From a virus, in the IMG/VR virus record IMGVR_UViG_3300045972_000138, positions 127,513 through 191,512 of that record: DNA of 64,000 bases; one strand, given 5' to 3'. A program made the translations under genes and the position numbers. Numbering within the stretch: position 1 is the first letter of the stretch; the number at the start of each line of letters is the position of its first letter. The notes under the pieces are model-generated. The model was not told the origin of the DNA. It saw only the letters and a program-made list of their open reading frames with translations, and did not search any database. This document shows, in pieces, positions 40,542-49,427 of the stretch.

Positions 40542-40874
40542 ATGACTAAGAAAGTAACAAACATTAGTGTCGATAAGGCGTTGAGTAGAATTGCGAAGCC
40601 ATCAGTCTTTGATCGAATAGTAAAAGAGATTGATGCTAAGGAAATTCCCGCAAAATATGTTCAGCAGATTTTAGTTCAATACTACGACGGTAATATTGTT
40701 GAGTTACATGGTAATGAAATAACGCACCCTATTCCAATGAATAAGGATGCACCGTGGGATAAGATATCAGAATCATTTAAGAAAATGAGAGATGTTAAAG
40801 TTTTTATTAACGTTGATGTGCTCGAAGAAGATATAAATGAACTAGTTGAAAAATACCTTGGTGCTTATTGTTAA
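40542..40874 (+). CDS. hypothetical protein (110 aa)
   Basis: RBS AGGGAGA. Confidence 0.55.
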   Translation: MTKKVTNISVDKALSRIAKPSVFDRIVKEIDAKEIPAKYVQQILVQYYDGNIVELHGNEITHPIPMNKDAPWDKISESFKKMRDVKVFINVDVLEEDINELVEKYLGAYC

Positions 40875-41935
40875 CTACTAAATTTTAATTCTAACCAATT
40901 ATAATCATTGATCAACCCGAGCATATCGGGTTGATCCTTATGTGCTCGGCCAAATTTGGCACCTGCAATAGCACCCTCGATTGCAAATTCTCCAAACTCT
41001 CTATCTGCACCTTTTGTGCACCAGGTATTCAATCTTTCTTCTGTTTCGGTATCTACGCCATTTGTTATAATTTTAGAAGCCAGTTTAGCACATTCCCTAA
41101 ATCCACTACGCCATGCAGAAAACGGATCTGTATTGAATTTGGTTATATTGCTTACTTCGGGCATCACTTTAAAGTGTTTAGAAACACTTGTTGTAAAGTC
41201 AATAGGTGAGCCGTTGTATTCTAGTAACATCTTACGCGGAAATAACTTAACACCACCATATCCGTATATTAAGTCGTTAATGGGATTCTTTGAATTCCAT
41301 ACATGTACTGTGTTTATATTGTAGGCATCGGGGTAGTAATCGAAGTTGAATAGTAGTTCTATTTCAGCATCGGCATCTACTACATAAAACACATCTGTTT
41401 CTGCTTTAGATGCTGCAACCTTATGAGCCTCGTAAATTCCATTCACACCATTCACACGCTTGGCCTGTGGAAATTTATTTTTAAGTTTGCCAAAATTATA
41501 GTCAGCAAATGCTTCGTTATAACTTAGAAATACAATATCAATTTTAGGATATGCAAATATAGATTCAGATATTACCTTAAGTTTTACGTTACCGGCTGCA
41601 ACATTATCGTCACTATATAAATTAGGATTCTCTAACACTAATTCTTTATTGTATAATCTTACAGATAAGTCGTTGTTCCATATATGTAGATATTCTTTAT
41701 CCCACACTGGTGGCTTAAAGCTAAAATTAAAGGAAGTAAATAATAACTCTCTATCGGCGTTTATAACATAAAAGAAATCTGTTGTAGATTTCTTAGCAAG
41801 ATTATATAAATCACTGCCCGTAAGATTAGATTGCTCAACCTTAATAATCGAATTAACAAACATGTTCTTGTTCATTGATTCAGCCATAGGTTTAGTAATT
41901 TCGGTATATGTAATAAAGATATGTTGTGCCATACT
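40871..41935 (-). CDS. hypothetical protein with internal tandem duplication
   Basis: long minus ORF; start placed at internal MAQHIF; two similar ~30-aa segments FYVINADRELLFTSFNFSFKPPVWDKEYLHIWN / FYVVDADAEIELLFNFDYYPDAYNINTVHVWN. Confidence 0.5.
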   Translation of the reverse strand, partial: SMAQHIFITYTEITKPMAESMNKNMFVNSIIKVEQSNLTGSDLYNLAKKSTTDFFYVINADRELLFTSFNFSFKPPVWDKEYLHIWNNDLSVRLYNKELVLENPNLYSDDNVAAGNVKLKVISESIFAYPKIDIVFLSYNEAFADYNFGKLKNKFPQAKRVNGVNGIYEAHKVAASKAETDVFYVVDADAEIELLFNFDYYPDAYNINTVHVWNSKNPINDLIYGYGGVKLFPRKMLLEYNGSPIDFTTSVSKHFKVMPEVSNITKFNTDPFSAWRSGFRECAKLASKIITNGVDTETEERLNTWCTKGADREFGEFAIEGAIAGAKFGRAHKDQPDMLGLINDYNWLELKFSS

Positions 41936-41953
41936 GTATTTATGCAGGGTTAT

Positions 41954-41982
41954 TTGACAAAAATAATTATTGGTTGTATACT
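41954..41982 (+). promoter_or_regulatory. sigma70 promoter TTGACA-N17-TATACT, -10 ends 6 nt before ATG 41989 (leaderless?)
   Basis: hexamers and spacing. Confidence 0.4.
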
Positions 41983-41988
41983 GGTGAT

Positions 41989-42264
41989 ATGAATGAGTAC
42001 GTTTATGTTGAGTTCCTTTTCGATATGCCCGATTCACTAATAGGGTCTGTTGAATTGCGAAAGCTTGGCGATGATTTTCAGTTGATAGATACGAGCGAGG
42101 AATTCGATCACGGTGGTGCATACCACACCGGCCAACGATATTGCGGGAAGATAAGTGCTGAAGCAGCAACAATGATTAAACTTAGTAATCCATTCTTGGC
42201 CGAACATATGCATATTTCTTATATCTCCACACAGTTGAAAGACAAATACAGAACTGATAAATAG
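41989..42264 (+). CDS. hypothetical protein
   Basis: internal ATG of ORF 41926-42264; divergent from minus gene. Confidence 0.35.
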   Translation: MNEYVYVEFLFDMPDSLIGSVELRKLGDDFQLIDTSEEFDHGGAYHTGQRYCGKISAEAATMIKLSNPFLAEHMHISYISTQLKDKYRTDK

Positions 42265-42267
42265 TGG

Positions 42268-42654
42268 ATGACAATCACTATATCTAACATAATTGCACTA
42301 CCTACAAGTCCTTTCCAGGGATCTGGATTAGTAGGTATTGTAATAACCTCGGGTGTTCCTAGTTACTTTAAACTAGAGGGCACTGAACTAAACAGAATAA
42401 CTGATGTAAATTGGTACCCAAATAACCCGGCTTCGGTTGCATTTATAACAAGGCAACTTATACTTGTTGATCAGACTATGGGCACGTTTATGATAAAGGT
42501 TACAGACAACTATTTGTCTGTAACGGATAGAGGCGGCAGGTTAAGTTTTAGAATAGACACAGGCGAAACAATAACGTTTCCAGTAAAGACATATGGTCCT
42601 GTATCCTATCAGCCATTATGGACAAGCCCGTACGAAGGTTTAAATACAGGTTAA
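42268..42654 (+). CDS. hypothetical protein (128 aa)
   Basis: ORF. Confidence 0.5.
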   Translation: MTITISNIIALPTSPFQGSGLVGIVITSGVPSYFKLEGTELNRITDVNWYPNNPASVAFITRQLILVDQTMGTFMIKVTDNYLSVTDRGGRLSFRIDTGETITFPVKTYGPVSYQPLWTSPYEGLNTG

Positions 42655-42656
42655 CA

Positions 42657-43433
42657 ATGAAATATATTATCGCCATATGTGCTATGTCTATATGCTTTAC
42701 CGCATCTGCTAGGTCGGGTCATAGCCATAAGGCGCCTGCACATCCTTCTGTGCCTTTTACTTCAACACCAGAGAGTTATCTTATTGCCGATAGCAATGGT
42801 GTCACAATCAAAGAACAAGATAGTGAGCTTCAACGCCCTATTGCATCTATATCAAAGTTGATGGTTGGCTTACTAGCGTCTGCACAGGATCTAAAAGAAG
42901 AATTATTGATTCCTTCTAAGCGTGCGGTAAGCAGCAGCATACCGAATAAGCAAAAAACATTGCCGCGAATAGAATTGCTGACATTAGCATTAGTTAAGTC
43001 CGATAACTTTGCAGCACAAATCCTTTGCGAAAATATCCCTAACTGCATAAGTGCAATGAATACACGAGCACAGGAGCTAGGAATGTTGCGCACGTACTAT
43101 GAAGAGCCAACTGGCCTAAGTAAAAACAATGTGAGTACAGCAAACGATCTACTAAAATTGTTGATGGTAGCAGCATCAAATACAACAATAACATCGGTAT
43201 CTAGTTTATCCACAGCAAGTGTAGATACTGGTAATAAATCAATCACTATAAAGAACACAAACCCGTTAACGGCTAAAATGGATATAGTATTATCTAAGAC
43301 AGGATTCACTAATCCTGCTGGCCAATGTTTGATTATGGGTGTTAGGTCGCCAGTCGGAGTGAAGTATTTTATACTTTTAGGAAGTAAACATCGTATTCCG
43401 GAGATGGAAAGACTATACAAAGATGTATCTTAG
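42657..43433 (+). CDS. D-alanyl-D-alanine carboxypeptidase/endopeptidase (PBP5/PbpG-like, S11)
   Basis: signal peptide; SxxK SISKLM, SxN KSDNFAA, KTG SKTGFT. Confidence 0.75.
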   Translation: MKYIIAICAMSICFTASARSGHSHKAPAHPSVPFTSTPESYLIADSNGVTIKEQDSELQRPIASISKLMVGLLASAQDLKEELLIPSKRAVSSSIPNKQKTLPRIELLTLALVKSDNFAAQILCENIPNCISAMNTRAQELGMLRTYYEEPTGLSKNNVSTANDLLKLLMVAASNTTITSVSSLSTASVDTGNKSITIKNTNPLTAKMDIVLSKTGFTNPAGQCLIMGVRSPVGVKYFILLGSKHRIPEMERLYKDVS

Positions 43434-43448
43434 CTGTATAATGTATGC

Positions 43449-43664
43449 ATGATCAAGCTAATCTACACAGTCGAACCTAAGGAAGCACCTGCTGAAAAGG
43501 AATGGCTTCGCAGTTTAAAAGTCTATCCTACCTTTGAAAATTATACAGATTGGATACAGAATAAACTATATGTACGATTTGGAATGATAGTTGCACCCGA
43601 TGTTGCACTAATGATTAAGCTGCGCCATCCTTTACAATTTCAATCAGAATACAAACAACGATAA
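43449..43664 (+). CDS. hypothetical protein (71 aa)
   Basis: ORF. Confidence 0.45.
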   Translation: MIKLIYTVEPKEAPAEKEWLRSLKVYPTFENYTDWIQNKLYVRFGMIVAPDVALMIKLRHPLQFQSEYKQR

Positions 43665-43867
43665 TGAAATACTTTATTCGTGTTAGCGAAGGCGCCGAAG
43701 ATACGTGTTTTATTGATTTCTGCAAACGCAATAAGTTGACACCTACATATATCGATTGTGCCTGGGGAACAGAAACATTAACATATCTATATACGTTGAT
43801 GGTATCGCCTAAAGCTATAACAGCATTAAAACTTTCTATGTCACTTCAAATAGCAGAATCTATATGA
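43664..43867 (+). CDS. hypothetical protein (67 aa)
   Basis: ATGA overlap. Confidence 0.45.
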   Translation: MKYFIRVSEGAEDTCFIDFCKRNKLTPTYIDCAWGTETLTYLYTLMVSPKAITALKLSMSLQIAESI

Positions 43868-44046
43868 ATGATAATATAAAAGATGTAGTGGTCGGATTAA
43901 TGATCGATGCAAGTGTCGAAGACATTGAAAAGTTATCTATTGCTATCATAAAAGAATGTGCAGAATTAAATGACGAGTGGGATGATTCGGGTAAGTATCA
44001 TACATTCGGTGAAAGACTTAGACAACACTTTGGGATAAAAGAATGA
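43864..44046 (+). CDS. small protein, HFGIKE paralog family
   Basis: C-terminal RQHFGIKE and IIKEC shared with 15073-15500 pair. Confidence 0.55.
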   Translation: MNDNIKDVVVGLMIDASVEDIEKLSIAIIKECAELNDEWDDSGKYHTFGERLRQHFGIKE

Positions 44047-44357
44047 ACGAAGAATACACATTTACTTTCGAAAAAGAAGAAGAAGCACGGTTCCGTAATA
44101 TCCTATCGCGGCTAGATCCAGATGAATATGTTATTACCGAAGACTTCCATCTTGTTGATCCTGAGCATCCACGAACATCGGATGTTGCTGTAAAAATCCA
44201 AATGGAACCAGAGGCTGCATCCACATTCCGCTTCGGTATGAAGCGTCTTGTTATTCGCCGTACACGTACAGAAGAAGAACTTGCTGCTGAAAAAGAACGC
44301 GACGAAAAGTCCAAAGTGTCTATTACTGTCAGAGTAAACGGATTACCTACCCCATAA
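44043..44357 (+). CDS. hypothetical protein (104 aa)
   Basis: ATGA overlap. Confidence 0.5.
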   Translation: MNEEYTFTFEKEEEARFRNILSRLDPDEYVITEDFHLVDPEHPRTSDVAVKIQMEPEAASTFRFGMKRLVIRRTRTEEELAAEKERDEKSKVSITVRVNGLPTP

Positions 44358-44381
44358 TTAACACTATGCATAAATACCATT

Positions 44382-44837
44382 ATGCGCTACTTCATTCTGC
44401 TTATTGCAATCCTAACGGTTATGGGCGTATTAGCGGACGACAATAAGAAGCCGCGTGAGATAGAGTGGAAGAAAATTTATGGATGGAAGGGCAGGAATAC
44501 AACAGCATATGTTGATACCAAATCCGTAAAAGTTCATAAAGAAGATGGTGTGGACTACAAAATGGGAATGATATTATTCTATAGGAAAGAACCTAAGGAA
44601 GTTAACATACCTGGTACAAAACCGTTTGAAGCAAACATATTCGCTAGTTATTATGTTGCTGATTGCGAAAACTACAAAGTAGCAACAGTAACAGATTTTT
44701 ATTTTAATTTAGATAGATTGCCGTTACCTTCGGATAAACCATTTAAAATATTTGATTACTCTGACAATGTAACAAAGGTTGAGGAAGTATCAAAAGATGA
44801 TCCACTCTTTGCCGAACTTTGCCCCGTATACATTTGA
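44382..44837 (+). CDS. secreted protein
   Basis: signal peptide MRYFILLIAILTVMGVLA. Confidence 0.55.
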   Translation: MRYFILLIAILTVMGVLADDNKKPREIEWKKIYGWKGRNTTAYVDTKSVKVHKEDGVDYKMGMILFYRKEPKEVNIPGTKPFEANIFASYYVADCENYKVATVTDFYFNLDRLPLPSDKPFKIFDYSDNVTKVEEVSKDDPLFAELCPVYI

Positions 44838-44887
44838 TTTAAAATCCTAGATTTTAATCTCAGATTTTAATCTCAGATTCATAATTC
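44836..44887. repeat. tandem direct repeat AGATTTTAATCTC x2 plus degenerate copies
   Basis: read directly: 44849-44861 and 44862-44874 identical. Confidence 0.7.
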
Positions 44888-44923
44888 TAAATATAAATCC
44901 TGCATCGAAAACGTGCGTATAGG

Positions 44924-44952
44924 TTGACATACATATATACATAATACATAAT
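44924..44952 (+). promoter_or_regulatory. sigma70-like promoter TTGACA-N17-CATAAT, leaderless to ATG 44959
   Basis: -10 ends 6 nt before ATG. Confidence 0.4.
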
Positions 44953-44958
44953 AGCACT

Positions 44959-45492
44959 ATGACAAACGATTCAGAACAAACATTTGAAGACCTAGCAAAG
45001 ATGTGTCCAGAACTAATGGAAAAATCTAGAATAGGCGAGAGCATGGGCGTCGGCGAAGGCTGGTTTACCATTGTATCAGTACTATGCCAAACTATCTACG
45101 AACCGGTCCGACAAGCAAGGTATAGGCTGCAAGCAGCAATCGAATACCCACGCGATGATGCTGGTGCATATCTTGCAGAATGCGAAAAAGAAGTAGCAGA
45201 TGCACTAGAAGCATTACCGGAAATAGTACAGGTTAAAGAGAAGTTTGGTACACTACGCTTCTATTACTACGGTGGCGATGATAGAGTTTCTGCATTAGTC
45301 GATTTTGCAGAAGCAATGTCCGGAGTCACCTGTGAAGAATGTGGTGCACCCGGCACCCAGACAGGCGGCGGCTGGATTAAAACTCTTTGTGCCGAGCATC
45401 GCAGAAAATCTGCGCCCGATGAAGACCAAGAGGATATCGAAGAGGGTACCATTTCGGCGAAAATCGAAGACGACGATCCGGCTTCCTGGTGA
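44959..45492 (+). CDS. hypothetical protein with C-terminal Cys cluster
   Basis: CEECGAPG...CAEH. Confidence 0.55.
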   Translation: MTNDSEQTFEDLAKMCPELMEKSRIGESMGVGEGWFTIVSVLCQTIYEPVRQARYRLQAAIEYPRDDAGAYLAECEKEVADALEALPEIVQVKEKFGTLRFYYYGGDDRVSALVDFAEAMSGVTCEECGAPGTQTGGGWIKTLCAEHRRKSAPDEDQEDIEEGTISAKIEDDDPASW

Positions 45493-45673
45493 AATGATTT
45501 TCGTATGCCCATTTCGGTCAACGTTTCAGTCTCTACGAAGATCGTATTCCATCCAGTCCCATTGTTGTCCTAATGCAACACCGATTATAACTTGAACTTT
45601 GACCCATCCGTGATCTTCAAAAAGTGTTGACATACCTCGCTATGTAGTTTACAATCGTGCAAAGGAGAATTCT

Positions 45674-45838
45674 ATGCTAGAAGAAATTTTTGATGATGAA
45701 ACCCAAGACGAATGGTATGATGCAGACGGTAACAGCGACGAAAACGGGTTTTACGATGCGGGTGGGCATTTCTATATGGAACGTGCTCATTATGTCGTAG
45801 ATGCATATCGCGAACGTATGCGCGAATTGGAATCCTAA
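45674..45838 (+). CDS. acidic mini-protein (54 aa)
   Basis: RBS AAGGAGA 6 nt upstream of ATG; below ORF-track size cut-off. Confidence 0.35.
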   Translation: MLEEIFDDETQDEWYDADGNSDENGFYDAGGHFYMERAHYVVDAYRERMRELES

Positions 45839-45999
45839 AATGGTATTAGAAACACTTATTATTTGTGTAACTATCTTCATTCTGTTTTTGCCGCTGGTTT
45901 CTGCAAAGGCTGAAGAAATACGCGAGCGTGCCCGAAAGTTGGAGCTCGAAAATAGCCAAGCAGAGTTTAACGAACTTTAATTAAGTATTCGTAATCGAC

Positions 46000-46033
46000 G
46001 CTTGTTATATTGATAAATACATCAATATAACAA
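46000..46033. promoter_or_regulatory. perfect 14-bp inverted repeat with 6-bp spacer (operator or RBS-occluding hairpin)
   Basis: CTTGTTATATTGAT aaatac ATCAATATAACAAG; 3' arm overlaps SD AAGGA of gene 46046. Confidence 0.5.
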
Positions 46034-46045
46034 GGATCGTCTTCT

Positions 46046-47230
46046 ATGCCAATCAATATCTCTGGTGATACATATCTAAGCTTCGTTAAAGTAGGTACTG
46101 TATCGATACCTCCGGTTGCAAGTTTCACTAGTACACCGGTATCCGGGAATGTCCCATTTAATGTAACATTTACTGATACATCAACCAACTATCCTACAAG
46201 TTGGTTGTGGCATTTTGGCGATGGAACAACATCAACAGCAAGAAATCCTACACATACCTATACTACACAAGGTACATACAGCCCAACATTAACAGCTACA
46301 AATTCGTCAGGTAGCGGTACAGGCGGCGGTGGGTCTATTACAGCAAACCCTGCTGTGTTTGCTGCCAGCGCAACTATTCTTACTGGTTACATACTTGGAA
46401 ACTGGTTCTCTAGTAGCTACACAAATGGCAAATTTGTTATAGTTGACTATGGTAGTGCGAATAGTTATTATTCATCCGATAACGGATCATCGTGGACATT
46501 AGGTAATACAGGTGCGTTACACGGTATTCGTGGACTATCACATGGTGCATATTATATGGCCGGTGTCCAGGCGAATAATGGGAATACAAATGTTGGATAC
46601 TACAGTGGTGATGGCACAAACTGGTATACATTGACATTACCATCCGTACAACAATGGTGGGGTGCAGTATATGGCAATGGTGGATATGTATTTTATGGAT
46701 CTGTTACGGGTGGGCAAATTGCGCTATCGGGCGATTTAGGCAGTTTTTCAATGATATCAACAGGTGTTTCATCGGCATATACTAATGCATACTTCGGTAA
46801 TGGTATATATATGTTATGCACTTATGTTGGTGCTCTTGTCATGACTAGTAATGATGGTGGACAAACCTGGACAAGGCATAATACACCAGTCCCATTCTAT
46901 AGTGTGGCATACGGTAATGGCGTATGGGTAGGTACAACGGGCGGCATATCTGCTACTGTGTATACCAGCACTGATAATGGTGTGACATGGACAACACACA
47001 TAAATGCAATGCCGACCAACTCCGGATGGCGCGCAACAACATACGGCAATGGGGTCTTTGTATCAGTAGCAGACAACGGTGGCGGTTTAGGTAATGCTGC
47101 ATACAGTACCAATGGCGTAAGTTGGACACTGATTGGCAATATGGATAGATCAGGTTGGGCAAGTCTAATATATGCAAATGGTACATTTATTACAACGTGC
47201 GGCGGTACAGAGCTTGCTAAGGTAATTTAA
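46046..47230 (+). CDS. PKD-domain plus BNR/Asp-box repeat protein (virion surface/adhesin-like)
   Basis: WLWHFGDGTTS PKD; four S-x-D/N-x-G-x-x-W boxes: SSDNGSSW, SNDGGQTW, STDNGVTW, STNGVSW. Confidence 0.7.
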   Translation: MPINISGDTYLSFVKVGTVSIPPVASFTSTPVSGNVPFNVTFTDTSTNYPTSWLWHFGDGTTSTARNPTHTYTTQGTYSPTLTATNSSGSGTGGGGSITANPAVFAASATILTGYILGNWFSSSYTNGKFVIVDYGSANSYYSSDNGSSWTLGNTGALHGIRGLSHGAYYMAGVQANNGNTNVGYYSGDGTNWYTLTLPSVQQWWGAVYGNGGYVFYGSVTGGQIALSGDLGSFSMISTGVSSAYTNAYFGNGIYMLCTYVGALVMTSNDGGQTWTRHNTPVPFYSVAYGNGVWVGTTGGISATVYTSTDNGVTWTTHINAMPTNSGWRATTYGNGVFVSVADNGGGLGNAAYSTNGVSWTLIGNMDRSGWASLIYANGTFITTCGGTELAKVI

Positions 47231-47234
47231 TAGG

Positions 47235-47263
47235 TTGACTAGAGCATAATTGCTCTGTATAAT
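47235..47263 (+). promoter_or_regulatory. sigma70 promoter TTGACT-N17-TATAAT
   Basis: consensus; spacer is itself a palindrome AGAGCAtaatTGCTCT; 5'UTR hairpin CTCTGTATA/TATACAGAG 47253-47290. Confidence 0.6.
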
Positions 47264-47289
47264 AAAGGCAAGTCCACTAACTATACAGA

Positions 47290-47676
47290 GTGATTATGGA
47301 AACTAAAGATTTACACACCAAAGAAGACGCACTGGAGTTTGCAGAGAAGATGCACAATGACGATAATGCTGTTGACATTGCAAAAACTGCTGATGGTCTG
47401 TTTCGTGTGCGTTGGATTAAGAACAAAAAGTACACAACGTACGACGGCAAAGAATTCACTGATGAAGTTTGGATGACAGAGAAAGAAGAACTTATTTGCA
47501 TCCAAGATCTAACCGAAGCGCACGCCAAAAATATCATTCGTATGATGTTGCGTAATAGCCGTGAAACAAATCAGGCAGCGACAGCAATGCTCGAAAGCTT
47601 GTCTGCACTTGCAGATGTGTTTGCTACTAGCAACGAAGTTGAGATTCCCGAATCCAGTAATCACGTGTTGCATTGA
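47290..47676 (+). CDS. hypothetical protein (128 aa)
   Basis: GTG 47290 or ATG 47296. Confidence 0.55.
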   Translation: MIMETKDLHTKEDALEFAEKMHNDDNAVDIAKTADGLFRVRWIKNKKYTTYDGKEFTDEVWMTEKEELICIQDLTEAHAKNIIRMMLRNSRETNQAATAMLESLSALADVFATSNEVEIPESSNHVLH

Positions 47677-47925
47677 CGTGATAAATAATAGTGCGTATAA
47701 TGCATTAAAAGGATAAATATGGACACAATTGAACACATACAACTTTTGATTGCAGAATTATGGACCAATTGGGATTTTGTGGCACCCGTGCTAGTCCCTA
47801 TTGCATATTTTCTTAACTAATAACCCTGGCGTTCGTTCAACGGATAGGACATCTTTCTTCTAAAGAGATAATAGTGGTTCGATTCCACTACGCCGGACCA
47901 ATTTTTAAACCACCAAGGACTTAAA

Positions 47926-48150
47926 ATGGAAATGACTAAAGTGTATGCCGCTCCCATTCTTGCAGAAGAAATGATTGCTTTGCGTGCAATCGACGCGTCT
48001 AACGCAGAACTTCGCGCACGGAATGAGGCACGCCTTTTTGAATTCAAGGAGTCGATGGGTATCAAGTATCTGTTGCATCCCGACAACGCACCAAAGCGTC
48101 AAGAATATGTTCACGTGCTGACGCACAAAAAAGAAACTATCAACGAGTAA
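47926..48150 (+). CDS. hypothetical protein (74 aa)
   Basis: RBS AAGGAC. Confidence 0.5.
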   Translation: MEMTKVYAAPILAEEMIALRAIDASNAELRARNEARLFEFKESMGIKYLLHPDNAPKRQEYVHVLTHKKETINE

Positions 48151-48153
48151 TAC

Positions 48154-48354
48154 GTGAACGACTTAGTTACGCTGAAAAACATTCTAGCCGTTTTAATTGA
48201 AAACGGCGTACACAACGAAGTAACACAGCTCGATAATGCTGTGCTCTTCGAGGGTGTTCCGCAGAATGTAATATACAAGGATGATTTGGTTGCAGCAGGT
48301 GCAACTTATGATTCAAACTTCGAAGCCTGGATGTTTTGGGGCAACGAAGAGTAA
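48154..48354 (+). CDS. hypothetical protein (66 aa)
   Basis: ORF. Confidence 0.45.
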   Translation: MNDLVTLKNILAVLIENGVHNEVTQLDNAVLFEGVPQNVIYKDDLVAAGATYDSNFEAWMFWGNEE

Positions 48355-48398
48355 AGCACGCAACTCTGATAAATAACATTATTGGAGTCGAATGCTTT

Positions 48399-48956
48399 AT
48401 GATATGTGAACATTGTTTAAAAGAATATACAAATAAATCCGGATATTCTAACCACATCAGGCGCTGCCCATCTAACCCGAATCGGGTAATGGAGACAATG
48501 TCCCCCGAAGGTCGACTTAAAATAAGTAAGTCATCAACCGATTACAATAAGATAAAGTGGGCAGATCCTGTTATACGAGCAAAACACAAGCAGTCAATGA
48601 AAGATGCCGTAAAGAATAATCCAGATTCTTACACATCATCTAATCGTGGAAGAACTAAACAAATAATTGTTGATGGTATTAAATTACAAGGGCAATGGGA
48701 AGTAGATTTTTATAATTGGGCAAAAGAAAAAGGATTGAGCCCAGAAAGACCAACTATAGCATTTAAGTATGAGTGGAATGGTGAAAGATTTTATCATCCA
48801 GATTTTTATATACCATCACTAGATTTATACGTAGAAGTGAAGGGTTATGAAACAGATAGGGATAGAGCAAAATGGTCGCAATTTCCGGGTAAGTTGCGTA
48901 TAATAAAAGCTGCAGAGATAAAACAGATTAGGCAAGGGTGCTTTGAGCGAGTTTAG
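48399..48956 (+). CDS. putative endonuclease: N-terminal zinc finger plus PD-(D/E)xK-like C-terminus
   Basis: CEHC...CP Zn finger; DFYIP...LYVEVKG resembles PD-(D/E)xK core; overlaps tRNA-Met start by 10 nt. Confidence 0.45.
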   Translation: MICEHCLKEYTNKSGYSNHIRRCPSNPNRVMETMSPEGRLKISKSSTDYNKIKWADPVIRAKHKQSMKDAVKNNPDSYTSSNRGRTKQIIVDGIKLQGQWEVDFYNWAKEKGLSPERPTIAFKYEWNGERFYHPDFYIPSLDLYVEVKGYETDRDRAKWSQFPGKLRIIKAAEIKQIRQGCFERV

Positions 48957-49021
48957 CATAAAGGTAGTGCCGAGAACTCATAATTCTTAAGGTCCGGGTT
49001 CGATCCCCGGGGCTCGCACCA
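48947..49021 (+). tRNA. tRNA-Met (anticodon CAT; elongator or Ile-lysidine type), CCA encoded
   Basis: Hand-folded cloverleaf: acceptor GCGAGTT/GGCTCGC, U8, D-loop GG, anticodon loop CTCATAA, T-arm CCGGG-TTCGATC-CCCGG, G1-C72. Confidence 0.75.
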
Positions 49022-49053
49022 AAGCATCTTTCCCTAATCTTAGAAAGACACAC

Positions 49054-49260
49054 ATGGCAGAAATCAAACTAACAAGCGTATGGGCAGTTGACATTATTGA
49101 ATCTGAGCGCGGTTGGGGTTCTAAGGTCGACGAAACAAAACTTTTCGAAACACAGGAAGAAGCTGTGAAGTTTTCGAAAGATTACAACGCAAAGTACAAT
49201 ACCGCTACAGAAGTACCGGATTGGTATATGTCTGCTCAGACTCCGTACAAGGTTAAATAA
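49054..49260 (+). CDS. hypothetical protein (68 aa)
   Basis: ORF. Confidence 0.5.
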   Translation: MAEIKLTSVWAVDIIESERGWGSKVDETKLFETQEEAVKFSKDYNAKYNTATEVPDWYMSAQTPYKVK

Positions 49261-49363
49261 TCAACTAAGGGCCGTGCTCTAACATTCCAACGATTCGCCT
49301 ACTTCGGTATATTCCAATGGTACGCGGCTGTAAATATATGTTGGTTGATAAAGGTGGCTACCG

Positions 49364-49427
49364 CGGTAGAATACGAAGGTAGTTACAGGCAGTAGCATAT
49401 CTTGATGACTGAGAATGTATTCTACCG
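49364..49427 (+). other. long hairpin (11-bp perfect stem, 42-nt loop) in 266-nt non-coding spacer
   Basis: CGGTAGAATAC ... GTATTCTACCG; adjacent palindrome CTACCGCGGTAG. Confidence 0.5.

Noticed and set aside
41926-41988. N-terminal 21 codons of + ORF 41926-42264 and N-terminal 79 codons of minus ORF to 42172
   Set aside because: These extensions would make two divergent genes overlap head-on across a consensus promoter; internal Met starts (41989 + strand, 41935 - strand) give a cleaner divergent arrangement.
44836-44887. Direct repeats considered as a CRISPR array
   Set aside because: Only 2-3 copies of a 13-bp unit in direct tandem with no spacers and no cas genes; it is not a CRISPR.
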